64,000 bases of DNA from assembly GCA_963770685.1 (NCBI GenBank), contig CAVYQN010000001.1, positions 218,650 through 282,649 of the forward strand, in the 5' to 3' direction. Source of the DNA: Candidatus Krumholzibacteriia bacterium. Its GTDB lineage: Bacteria > Krumholzibacteriota > Krumholzibacteriia > Krumholzibacteriales > Krumholzibacteriaceae. The position numbers were made by a program, and so were the translations under genes. The stretch's first letter is position 1. Each line of letters opens with the position of its first letter. Under the pieces are notes generated by a model that was not told the origin of the DNA, made no database searches, and worked only from the letters and a program-made list of their open reading frames with translations. Positions 21,408 to 30,481 of this stretch are shown here, in pieces.

Positions 21408-22157
21408 CTATAAAGCTTTTTTCCACGCCTGGTGTATAGCCGCGGCCCCGAGAAAGAGTCTTCTGTATCTCACTTCTTTAAAACCCGCCTCCTCCATTAT
21501 TCCCGCCAGGGCAGGCGCGTCATGAAAGAGAGGGATCGAAGAGGCAAGGTAGGTGTATCCTGACCGCGTTCCCGACAGGATATTTCCCACCATGCTCGCA
21601 AAATACTTTACATAAGTTCGATAACACGTTTTTATAAAAGAATATGCTGGCTGACTCGTCTCGAGGTTGACGAAGCATCCACCGGGCTTCAGGACCCTGT
21701 GGAATTCGGCGAACGCCGCCGTCAGTTCCTCCCTGCTCGTATTGATGTTGCGGGTCGCGAAGGCCATCGTCACAAGATCGAGGGTGGCATCCTTGAAAGG
21801 GAGCATGCCGGCCCTTGCCGCGATGAAATCGATCCTTCCCGCCTCCCGTTTCTTCGCCGCCTCGGCCAGCATCTCGAGCGAGAAATCGACCGCCGCTACC
21901 CTCGTCCCTTCCGGAGCGAGGCCGCTGAGGCGGACGGCCAGCTCTCCCGTGCCGGTGCAGATATCGGCCCATACCCCGGCGCCCGCAGCCCGGGAGGCCG
22001 CCTTCGCGGCCGCCCTGCGCCAGCCAACGTCGAGGCCGAGCGTCATCAGATGGTTGACCAGCTCGTACCTGCCGTGCACCTCCGAAAAGATCGCCCTTAT
22101 CTCGCCCGCCGTCGCCTTCCCGGCAGTACCCGCTCCCTTCACACTTTCATTTTTCAA
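21408..22157 (-). CDS. ubiE: Demethylmenaquinone/ubiquinone C-methyltransferase UbiE/MenG
   Basis: YELVNHLMTLGLDVGWRR, FATRNI and LASSIPLF match the UbiE family signatures (YDxMNDxMS..HRxWK, FGLRNV, AESIRxxP). Confidence 0.7.
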   Translation of the reverse strand: MKNESVKGAGTAGKATAGEIRAIFSEVHGRYELVNHLMTLGLDVGWRRAAAKAASRAAGAGVWADICTGTGELAVRLSGLAPEGTRVAAVDFSLEMLAEAAKKREAGRIDFIAARAGMLPFKDATLDLVTMAFATRNINTSREELTAAFAEFHRVLKPGGCFVNLETSQPAYSFIKTCYRTYVKYFASMVGNILSGTRSGYTYLASSIPLFHDAPALAGIMEEAGFKEVRYRRLFLGAAAIHQAWKKAL

Positions 22158-22167
22158 GGCCGTGCCA

Positions 22168-23055
22168 TCACCCCTTTGCCCCCAAACCGATCGCCTGCCG
22201 CGACACTCCTGTTTTCATGCCCGCGATCCTGATGCCCAAAAGGATCCTGAAGAGAAGGGTTCCGGCGATCCATCTCCCGGCCCTCCGGGGCAGGGCCGAC
22301 AGGGCTCTTTCGAGAAAAACCGGAAACAATACGGGAACCGGGAGATAGTACCCCCTCGCCCCGACAAGCGCCCTTATCCTTATGAACCCGGAGTCCCTGA
22401 AAAGCGTTCCGAGCTCCGAGTTCGTATATTCCTTCAGATGAAATCCCGTCGCTATCTCCGTGAAATATTTTGAGATATCATGCGGGCCGTTCAGCCTGTT
22501 CGGCGTCAGGCAGATGTATGTCCCGCCGGGCGCCAGGCATCGGTATACATTTTTAAGATGTTCCACGAGATCGTCGGGGTGAAGGTGCTCCGCCAGCTGG
22601 TCGCTGAAAACCGCGTCCGCGCTTCCTTCCGGCACCGGTATCTCCAGGCCGTCCGAAATCAGGAGCCGCATATTGACCGGGATCGCGACGTCCCCGGCGA
22701 TCTCCTTCGAAACGTCTATCGCGTACACGCGCTTCACGAACCCGGAGACGAGAAGCGAGAGGGCGCAGGCGCCCGCGCCTGTTTCCACGAATGTGGATTC
22801 ACCGCCGATGTAGCGCCTGAGAAGCTTCAATCTCGCGCGGGCGACCGCACGGGCCGACTCCGGAGAGGATTTTCTCCTCAGTTGGGAATGGCCCGGAAGC
22901 CGCCTGTAGAGCTCGTCGTAGAGGGCGGGGTACAAGCGTCCCCGCTCCTCCCTCGGAGCATTCCTGAGGATGTCGGCGAGCTCCTTCTCCACACGGTAAT
23001 GCTCGAGGAGCTCATCCCGTCCACCGCCGGGTCTCTTTGATTTTCCGCCGCTCAT
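22168..23055 (-). CDS. Class I SAM-dependent methyltransferase
   Basis: VETGAGACALSL (motif I) and LAPGGTYICLTPN (motif III). Confidence 0.55.
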   Translation of the reverse strand: MSGGKSKRPGGGRDELLEHYRVEKELADILRNAPREERGRLYPALYDELYRRLPGHSQLRRKSSPESARAVARARLKLLRRYIGGESTFVETGAGACALSLLVSGFVKRVYAIDVSKEIAGDVAIPVNMRLLISDGLEIPVPEGSADAVFSDQLAEHLHPDDLVEHLKNVYRCLAPGGTYICLTPNRLNGPHDISKYFTEIATGFHLKEYTNSELGTLFRDSGFIRIRALVGARGYYLPVPVLFPVFLERALSALPRRAGRWIAGTLLFRILLGIRIAGMKTGVSRQAIGLGAKG

Positions 23056-23062
23056 CGGGCTC

Positions 23063-23419
23063 TCACGCTCCGAAAATGTTTCTGCGAAACAGGAAAAAAA
23101 GCGCGCCGAGCAGGCAGAGTCCCGCCCAGAGGTAATCGAGTGTCAGTCTTTCTTTCATGAAGAAGAACGAAAAAGGGACAAAGATGGTCAGCGTTATGAC
23201 CTCCTGCAGGATCTTGAGCTGGCCGACCGTCATCACCTGGTGCCCTATCCTGTTGGCGGGAACCTGGAGAAGATATTCGAACAGCGCGATCCCCCAGCTC
23301 AGCAGCGCCGCGACGATCCATGGTTTTTCGGGAAGGTTCTTCAGGTGCCCGTACCACGCGAATGTCATGAAAACATTGCTGCAACAGAGAAGCACTATCG
23401 TCGCGACATAATGCCGCAT
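23063..23419 (-). CDS. DMT-superfamily small membrane protein (DUF486-like)
   Basis: ATG at 23419 after GGAGGCGGAGG. About 118 aa with 4 helices. The longer ORF-track version adds an Arg-rich non-coding-like N-terminus. Confidence 0.55.
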   Translation of the reverse strand: MRHYVATIVLLCCSNVFMTFAWYGHLKNLPEKPWIVAALLSWGIALFEYLLQVPANRIGHQVMTVGQLKILQEVITLTIFVPFSFFFMKERLTLDYLWAGLCLLGALFFLFRRNIFGA

Positions 23420-23420
23420 A

Positions 23421-23711
23421 TTATTTCCTCCGCCTCCTGTTACCGCGATCCTTCCAGTTCCACCATTTGCGCAGCTCGGGATGCGGATCGTCGTTGCGTG
23501 CGCAGTAAACGGCGCATCGGAAGGCATAGAGCACGCAGCGATCGATATGGGCGCCCCTGATCTCCTGAAGCTCCTCGTACATCGCCTCCGGATCCATCGC
23601 GGCAAGATCCTGGGCGCGCCGGCATCCGAGGTCCCTGAGGTCCGCCGCGAGGCTCCTGCCGATGCCTGGAAGGCTCTCGAGATCGTCGTTGTCGATTATC
23701 CGATGCGCCAC
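23421..23711 (-). CDS. Helix-hairpin-helix domain protein
   Basis: LESLPGIGRSLAADLRDLG is an HhH motif. The stop abuts the next gene's start. Confidence 0.45.
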   Translation of the reverse strand: MAHRIIDNDDLESLPGIGRSLAADLRDLGCRRAQDLAAMDPEAMYEELQEIRGAHIDRCVLYAFRCAVYCARNDDPHPELRKWWNWKDRGNRRRRK

Positions 23712-23767
23712 AATCCCTCCCGGCAGGCCGCCTTGCCTGACCCACCCGAATTACCGTGAATCACTCC

Positions 23768-25519
23768 TTATCCCCCCTCATCGTGAACAGGAGAATGACG
23801 CCGCCCGCGACCGCCAGGAAGGTGCCGACGATCCCCTCCAGCGGTGCGCCCGAGGATGAATCCGCCGAACCCGACGAGCATCCCGAAGACGACAAGAAGC
23901 CCGGCGATAATGTTGACGGTCGTGCCTTTGGAACCGCTCTTTTCGGCCCCGTCGCGGAACCTTTTCCAGCCCGGGCCGCCCGGTCTCACGCGGCTGTGGA
24001 ACTCGCGCAGCCTCTCGTCGCCGACCGGCCTTGTGGCGAATGTCACGGCGACCCAGAGGATGACGGAAAGGGCGGCGGTCAGGGCCGTCGAGTAAGGAAA
24101 CTGAAGCCACGAAGCCCCCTCGAGCCCCGGCCTGCGCGACAGCAAGGACAGCACGAAGGTCGCAGCCATCGCCACCGCCATCGCCGTTATCTCCGACCAG
24201 GCGTTGACGCGCCACCAGTACCATCTCGCGACGTAGACCGACCCGACGCCCGCCGTCACCGAGATGATCAGCTTCCACGCGAAGGATATGTCTTTGACGA
24301 GGAATGACGATGCCGCGCCGAGAAGCGCGAGGCCGACGATCGCAAGGCGCGCCAGCAGGACATATTCCTTTTCACTTCGTCCCTTCCTAAGAAATCTTTT
24401 AAGAAGATCGTTGACGACGAGCGAAGAGCCCCAGTTGAGCTGGCTGTCGATGGTCGACATAAATGCGGCAAAGAAGGAGGCGAGCATCAGCCCGAGCATG
24501 CCGGGCCTGAGCAACTCCCTCATGACGAGCGGGTAATAGGTTTCGGGGTCGTCCACGCTTCCAAAGAAGGCCATCCCGCAAAGACCGACGATTATCCAGG
24601 GCCAGGGCCTGAGCGCCACGTGGGCGATGCAGAACCAGAGATACCCGAAGACGGCGTGCTTTTCGTTTTTAGCGGCGAAAAGCCTCTGCGCGAGATACCC
24701 TCCCCCGTCTATCGTGTACGACGCCCACCAGACGACCAGGACCAGGAGAAGAAACTCGGTGAACGGGTTGGCGGAGAGAATCGAATCGAAGCCCGGGACG
24801 ACCCTCAGCGTCTGCTCTACGTCGAATCCCCCGCTCAAAAGCCCCGCCCTTATGCCGTCCAGCCCACCGACGCGCCTTAACGCGACAACAGCGAGGTAGA
24901 CCGACCCGCTCATAGCGAGAACAAACTGAACAAGATCGGTCATCACGACGCCCCACAGCCCGGACATCACGGTATAGAACACCGTGACGAGGAACAGGCA
25001 CATCACTATGAATACCTCGGGGTTCATCCCGAGCACCTCGCCGGCCTCCTGCCATCCCATCACGACGATGATGATCTTGGCCATTGCCTTCATCACCCAG
25101 GCGATCACCAGAATGTTCTGAAAGATCCCGAACCACGCGGCGCGATAGAAACGAAGGGCGGCGGCCGGCTTTCCGTCGTAACGAAGTTCGATCAGCTCGG
25201 CGTCGGTGGTTATACCGGCGCGGTTCCAGAGCCTGGCGAAAAGAAAGACCGTGAAGACCGCCCCGATCCCCCAGTGCCACCAGATCCAGTTCTGCCAGAT
25301 CCCGCCCCTGGCAACGAGGCCCGAAACGACAAGCGGAGTGTCGGCGGCGAATGTCGTGGCGACCATCGATGTTCCTATGAGCCACCATGGAAGCGAACGG
25401 CCCGAGACGAAGAATTCCTCCGTGCTGCGCGACGCGCGCCTGGAGAGAACGACTCCGATCCCGAAAACGATCACGAGGTATACGGCTATTACCGCGATAT
25501 CGAGACCCGTTATGATCAT
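23768..25519 (-). CDS. Sodium:solute symporter (SSF family)
   Basis: About 13 TM helices. N-terminal FFVSGRSLPWWLIGTSMVATTFAADTPL is typical of SSF transporters. The C-terminal 30 aa is Arg/Gly-rich and possibly frame-shifted. Confidence 0.75.
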   Translation of the reverse strand: MIITGLDIAVIAVYLVIVFGIGVVLSRRASRSTEEFFVSGRSLPWWLIGTSMVATTFAADTPLVVSGLVARGGIWQNWIWWHWGIGAVFTVFLFARLWNRAGITTDAELIELRYDGKPAAALRFYRAAWFGIFQNILVIAWVMKAMAKIIIVVMGWQEAGEVLGMNPEVFIVMCLFLVTVFYTVMSGLWGVVMTDLVQFVLAMSGSVYLAVVALRRVGGLDGIRAGLLSGGFDVEQTLRVVPGFDSILSANPFTEFLLLVLVVWWASYTIDGGGYLAQRLFAAKNEKHAVFGYLWFCIAHVALRPWPWIIVGLCGMAFFGSVDDPETYYPLVMRELLRPGMLGLMLASFFAAFMSTIDSQLNWGSSLVVNDLLKRFLRKGRSEKEYVLLARLAIVGLALLGAASSFLVKDISFAWKLIISVTAGVGSVYVARWYWWRVNAWSEITAMAVAMAATFVLSLLSRRPGLEGASWLQFPYSTALTAALSVILWVAVTFATRPVGDERLREFHSRVRPGGPGWKRFRDGAEKSGSKGTTVNIIAGLLVVFGMLVGFGGFILGRTAGGDRRHLPGGRGRRHSPVHDEGG

Positions 25520-26904
25520 GCGGCCGGAGCCTCCTCTTCGCGGGTCTGATCGCCGATGAACCTGTTATACAGGAAGAGGGCCACCAGCGCCGCGACGCCT
25601 ATCGCCGCGAAGGTGAACCACATTTTCGAGGGGTCCCTCGGCCCCTCCGCGGGGCAGTACTTGCCGAGAAGGTACCCGGAAAGGGGGCCCCCGACGAAAT
25701 TGGCGATGAAGGCCTTAAGATAGCTGAATCCGAGATACAGCCCGACCTTCCCCTTTGGAGCGAGGGTCGCCACGTAGTCGAAGAACCTCGGGGCGAAGGT
25801 CATCTCCCCGATCGCGAAGACGGCTATCGCGATGCACGTTCCCCACAGGGTCGGTAACAGTCCCAGGAGTATCATGCCGCAGACCGATATCGCCATCCCG
25901 AGGCCCATCGAGCCGAACGGTTTCATCTTCGTGACCAGGGCCGCTATCAGCATCTGGAAAAGGATGATCATCCCCGGGTTGATGGAGATTATGTATTCCA
26001 TCGGCGCCGTCTCCGATATGTGGGTCACGATGTAGGTCGGCACCGAGAGGTAGAGCTGCCAGAACATCAGGTCGAACCCGGAGAAGATGATTATGAAGGT
26101 GAGGAACTTGAAATCCACGAAGAGCCTGAACATGTCGGCGAAGGTTTCGCGCACCGAGCGCACCGGTTCGCCCGTCCTGTCGGGCTCTTTATAGAGGAAA
26201 ATGACGAGAAACAGCGCCACGATGGACATCGCCGCCGAGAAGAAGCAGATGACCTGCATCCCGAAACCCTGCCATTTCAGCATGTCGAGGAAGGCCTCGG
26301 GGGACATCGGCGGATTCTGCGACGCGGCCCTGTCGACGAGGCTCTGCGTGATCCCGAAGGGCGGAACGTTGGCGCCGACCCAGTCCTTGAGCCTTGTGAA
26401 GTTGGATTCGGAGAGCCAGTGCCCCAGGTCCTGCCTCAGGCTCTTGGCGATGATCTTTCCCGTGAAACCGCCGATGTTGATCACCATGTAGAACAGCGAG
26501 AACCCGATCTTCGAAAGGCCGTCCGGCGAGGTCTTCTTAACCGTCCCCGATATGACCGGCTTGACGAAGGCGCCCCCGACCGCTATGAAGAAAAGCGCCA
26601 CGAGGGCCGTTGGTTTGGACGGCAGCAGCCCGAGAATCGTATACCCGACGGCGAGCACCGAAAACGTGATGAAGAGGCTGTTCCGGAATCCGATCTTGTC
26701 CGAGATCGCCCCTGTCGGGATCGGCATCAGGTAGAGCGAGGCGATGAAGAACCCGGTGATGGTGGCGGAAGCCTCGACGCTGAACCCGACCCTTCTCGTC
26801 AGGTAGAGGACGAGGATCACGTTCATCCCGTAATAGGCGAGCCGCTCGAAGAGCTCGATCGTGTTGGCGACCCAGAAAGTCCTTGGGAATTTCGTCAGGT
26901 ACAT
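25516..26904 (-). CDS. POT/PTR2 family proton-dependent oligopeptide transporter (MFS)
   Basis: FWVANTIELFERLAYYGMNVILVLYL is the PTR2 signature. Overlaps the SSF gene start by 4 nt. Confidence 0.8.
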   Translation of the reverse strand: MYLTKFPRTFWVANTIELFERLAYYGMNVILVLYLTRRVGFSVEASATITGFFIASLYLMPIPTGAISDKIGFRNSLFITFSVLAVGYTILGLLPSKPTALVALFFIAVGGAFVKPVISGTVKKTSPDGLSKIGFSLFYMVINIGGFTGKIIAKSLRQDLGHWLSESNFTRLKDWVGANVPPFGITQSLVDRAASQNPPMSPEAFLDMLKWQGFGMQVICFFSAAMSIVALFLVIFLYKEPDRTGEPVRSVRETFADMFRLFVDFKFLTFIIIFSGFDLMFWQLYLSVPTYIVTHISETAPMEYIISINPGMIILFQMLIAALVTKMKPFGSMGLGMAISVCGMILLGLLPTLWGTCIAIAVFAIGEMTFAPRFFDYVATLAPKGKVGLYLGFSYLKAFIANFVGGPLSGYLLGKYCPAEGPRDPSKMWFTFAAIGVAALVALFLYNRFIGDQTREEEAPAA

Positions 26905-27028
26905 GCCGCCCGTCCTCCCGAGGATTGAATGAGCCCGCCAGCGGCCTATTCACGGGGCATCCCGCGCCGACGGGCATGAAAAGGAACCGGCTCCCGAAGG
27001 AGCCGGATCCGACGATCGCGAAGAGGGA

Positions 27029-27814
27029 TCAGAACCCCGCCTTGAATCCTATGTATATCGTATATCCGGTCAGGTCGACCTTGCCCTCGTCGTATTCGCC
27101 CTCCATAGAAGCTTCCGCCGGACCGTAACTCCAGTTACCTTCGTCATCGGTAAAACCCGCGAGGAAGACATCCCTCGTCTCCCCCTCTAAATCAGTGGCT
27201 GTTCCCTCGAAACCGCCGATCGAGGCCCACCTGATCTTGAACCCCACATCGAGGGAGAGGCTCGGAATGATCGGGAATTCCATCCCGCCGCCGCCGTGAA
27301 TGCCGAAACCCCAGGTTGAAAGTTCGGCGTCGTAACCCCCCTCGTCCGATAAATTGGCCAACTTGAACCCGAAATCGAGTTTCGTGTAATACATAGCGCC
27401 GCCTGCGTACAGGTACGGCTTCATGCCGGAGAAAGGAACGTTCGGCTTGAAATAAAAGTTGGCGTTTATGGGAAATGCCTTGATCTTGTGCTCGAACTCC
27501 ACGGATTCGTCTCCATCCGTGAAGGAATACTCCGAATTCCCCATCATCATCCCCGCTCCGACGCCGATCTCGAACATGGGAACGATCGAATAGTAGAACT
27601 CGCCTCCGAACTCGGGGACCCATTTGATATTGTCTATCTCTCCGGCCCCTCCGGAGGCAAGGGATTCGTTGACTTCATCGACCCAGTCGTTGAAATCCCC
27701 GTACGAGATGTGGCTGTACCCCCCCGTCGCGCGGAACCCGATCCCCGCCTCCGAAACGCCGGCGGCGGCGGTCACGATCGCCACGGCTGAAATCACGGAT
27801 AAAAGACCTTTCAT
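27029..27814 (-). CDS. Outer-membrane beta-barrel protein (porin-like)
   Basis: Signal peptide MKGLLSVISAVAIVTAAAG. Alternating amphipathic beta strands. C-terminal ...YIGFKAGF. Confidence 0.5.
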   Translation of the reverse strand: MKGLLSVISAVAIVTAAAGVSEAGIGFRATGGYSHISYGDFNDWVDEVNESLASGGAGEIDNIKWVPEFGGEFYYSIVPMFEIGVGAGMMMGNSEYSFTDGDESVEFEHKIKAFPINANFYFKPNVPFSGMKPYLYAGGAMYYTKLDFGFKLANLSDEGGYDAELSTWGFGIHGGGGMEFPIIPSLSLDVGFKIRWASIGGFEGTATDLEGETRDVFLAGFTDDEGNWSYGPAEASMEGEYDEGKVDLTGYTIYIGFKAGF

Positions 27815-27887
27815 GGCTCCTCCTTTGTGTTCCCTCCGGCCCGACACTCATTTTACGCAAGTTTCAGGCCCGGACGCGGCCCGCGCG

Positions 27888-28547
27888 CTACTTGCGCTGC
27901 TTTATCTTGTTGATATCCTTCCTCGTCCCGATCACGAGAAGCACGTCGCTGTCCTTGATGACGAAATCGGCGTTCGGGACGAGGATGAAATTCTCCGGGA
28001 TCAGTTCCTTGATCCCTATCACGTTCACGTTGTATTTCGCCCTCAGCCCGAGCTGGGCGAGGCTCTTGCCCACGAGCTCCGAGATCGGAGCGATCTCGGC
28101 TATGATGTAATCGCCCGACATCGGCAGGTAATCGAGGATGTCCGGGGCGGCGAGGTTGCGAGCGACCTTTATCGCCATATCCTTCTCGGGGAAGATTATG
28201 TCGGTCGCCCCCACGTTCCGCAGGATCTTGCCGTGGTCCTCGTTCGTCGTCTTCACGACGATCCTCTTCACCTTCATCTCCCTGAGATAAAGGGTTATAA
28301 GGGTGGCCGCGTTCGCGTTCCCTCCCATGCTCACGATATTGGCGTCCATCTGTTCCAGACCCAGGCTCAGAAGAAGGTCTTTCTGCGTGGCGTCGCCGAT
28401 GATCGCCTGCGAACAGTAGGGACGGATCCTCTGGATCATGTCCTCGTCCTTGTCGAGGGCCATCACGTCGTTCCCCTCCTCGAAGAGGGTCTTCGCGACG
28501 TGGAACCCGAAATTTCCCAGTCCTATCACGGCAAATTTGCCAGTCAT
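27888..28547 (-). CDS. trkA: Potassium uptake protein TrkA/KtrA (RCK_N + RCK_C)
   Basis: VIGLGNFG Rossmann motif. 219 aa. Confidence 0.85.
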   Translation of the reverse strand: MTGKFAVIGLGNFGFHVAKTLFEEGNDVMALDKDEDMIQRIRPYCSQAIIGDATQKDLLLSLGLEQMDANIVSMGGNANAATLITLYLREMKVKRIVVKTTNEDHGKILRNVGATDIIFPEKDMAIKVARNLAAPDILDYLPMSGDYIIAEIAPISELVGKSLAQLGLRAKYNVNVIGIKELIPENFILVPNADFVIKDSDVLLVIGTRKDINKIKQRK

Positions 28548-28581
28548 ATCCTTTCCTTTCTCCCCGTGCCGGATGGCCCTT

Positions 28582-29976
28582 TTACCCGATCATCACCTTT
28601 TCTTCCGCGTAAGTATAGTGGCTCGCCTCTTCCCTGCGTGTGATGATGTACGCAACGGTCAGAAGCCCTACGCGGCCGAGCAGCATCATGACTATTATCA
28701 CTCCCTTGCCGCCGGCCGAAAGAGCCGGCGTGATACCCGTCGAAAGGCCCACAGTTCCGAATGCCGAGACGGCCTCAAAAAGGTAGGCGAGGAAATATTC
28801 ATTCCCGGATCTCCCCGTGCCCATCTCCGTAAGGAGAAGGAGCACGACTCCCGCCGTGATTACGAGCACGGCCAGTATGAAAACGGCGAGCGCCCGGGAA
28901 ACTATATCCTCGGGTATCGACCTCATAAAGAGGCTCGTCGATTTCCTCCCCGTTATCTTGGTCTTGAAAATCGCGGCGAAGACGGCGAACGTGGTCGTCT
29001 TGACCCCTCCCCCGCACGACCCGGGACTCGCCCCGACGAACATCAGCATGACGAGTATGAAGAGGGTCACGGGATTGAGCATGCCTATGTCGAGGGTGTT
29101 GAAGCCGGCGGTCCTCGCGGTCACCGACTGGAAGAGCGAGGCGAAAAGCCGCCCCTTCGTGGAGAGGTGGGCCAGTTGTCCGGAGCGTTCCGCCATGTAT
29201 ATGACCGCGCTTCCCGCGAATATGAGAAACGCCGATGTCGAGATCACCATCTTCGCGTGGAGGGAGAGCGGCGGTTTTCTGCGCCCCTTCTTGTGCTTTA
29301 TCCTGTTCTTGAACTCGTACATGACTGGATATCCCAGCCCCCCCACTATTATCAGCAGCATTAAAGTCGTGTTCACCCACGCGCTCTCCACGTACCGCAT
29401 GAGACTGTCCCCGAAGGTGGCAAACCCCGCGTTGCAGAAAGCCGATATGGAATGGAACACGCTCTTGTGGATCGCCTGCATCGCGGGCATTTCGCGGTTC
29501 CAGAAAAGGAAGAGCGACGCCGAGCCCAGGAATTCGAACACGATCGTGAAGATAAAAATCGACTTTATAAGGCTCCTGATGTCCCCGAGCGGAGCCGACG
29601 TGAAGGTCTCGGTCACGACCCACCTCTGTTTCATCCCCACCCCCTTGCCCAGGAAGAGGAAGAGAAAGACCGAGAAGGTCATCACTCCGAGCCCTCCGAG
29701 CTGTATCAGTGCGAGAATGACGGTCTTGCCGAACCCCGTGAAAGCGGTTCCGATATCGACGACGACGAGTCCGGTCACGCAGACCGCCGAGGTCGCCGTG
29801 AACAGGGCGTCCATCGGCGCGAGCGGCTCGCCCGTCGACGCGGCGGGAAGCGTCAGCAACGCGGCTCCCGTAATCGCGGCGGCGGTAAAGCTGACGATCA
29901 CGAGGAAACCCGGCCGTATCCTCTGGATCGACTTCAGGAGGTTGATCCTCTGTTTACTGATCCTGCTATCCGGCAA
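28582..29976 (-). CDS. trkH: Potassium transporter TrkH/KtrB
   Basis: Repeated M-P-M selectivity-loop regions (TATSAVCVTGL, ALIQLGGLGVMTF, AFCNAGFAT, SAFGTVGLSTG). Confidence 0.85.
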   Translation of the reverse strand: MPDSRISKQRINLLKSIQRIRPGFLVIVSFTAAAITGAALLTLPAASTGEPLAPMDALFTATSAVCVTGLVVVDIGTAFTGFGKTVILALIQLGGLGVMTFSVFLFLFLGKGVGMKQRWVVTETFTSAPLGDIRSLIKSIFIFTIVFEFLGSASLFLFWNREMPAMQAIHKSVFHSISAFCNAGFATFGDSLMRYVESAWVNTTLMLLIIVGGLGYPVMYEFKNRIKHKKGRRKPPLSLHAKMVISTSAFLIFAGSAVIYMAERSGQLAHLSTKGRLFASLFQSVTARTAGFNTLDIGMLNPVTLFILVMLMFVGASPGSCGGGVKTTTFAVFAAIFKTKITGRKSTSLFMRSIPEDIVSRALAVFILAVLVITAGVVLLLLTEMGTGRSGNEYFLAYLFEAVSAFGTVGLSTGITPALSAGGKGVIIVMMLLGRVGLLTVAYIITRREEASHYTYAEEKVMIG

Positions 29977-30268
29977 CTTGACAGCCTTTCCGCTGCTTCA
30001 TGTCCCGTTCCGGCCCTCTTGACGCCCACCGGCTGCGGGCGCAGCCTTCAATCCGGCGATTCTGAACGCTGCCCCGGAAAAATTCAAACAAAAACTTGCC
30101 GGGAGGCGGCGCCGGGCTCCCGATTCGATCTTAAATCCGTTCCATTAATTGTTCGACAATGACAAACTCATGGAATATAATGGCTCCCGATCTTTCTTCC
30201 CGTAAAAGAAGGGTTTCTTTCGCGGTTTTATCACATCCGGGGGCCGGCCGGTAGTAAAAGGATGACGG

Positions 30269-30478
30269 ATGGCTGAAAAGGGAAGATCGCAGGCGAAGGA
30301 TGACGGGGCCAGGTGGTGCGCGCCTGATTGCCCGCACGCCTCCTTCCCGGAGAAGGATCATCTCGGGGGGGCGTGCCACACCTTCATCGCGCTGCACTGC
30401 GGAAAGTATGACCGGCTGGTACAGAAAAGCGCCCTCTGCCTCGATCTTACAGACGGCCCTGACGCCGGAAAGGAATGA
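30269..30478 (+). CDS. Small Cys/His-rich ORF (69 aa) immediately upstream of the acetyl-CoA synthetase gene
   Basis: AAAGGA RBS. WCAPDCPH...GGACHTFIALHCG gives 5 Cys and 5 His. Ends 4 nt before the ATG at 30482. Confidence 0.3.
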   Translation: MAEKGRSQAKDDGARWCAPDCPHASFPEKDHLGGACHTFIALHCGKYDRLVQKSALCLDLTDGPDAGKE

Positions 30479-30481
30479 GAG

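Noticed and set aside
26020-26928. 302-aa plus-strand ORF
   Set aside because: Antisense to the POT transporter gene. Highly charged His/Glu/Arg-rich with no motif.
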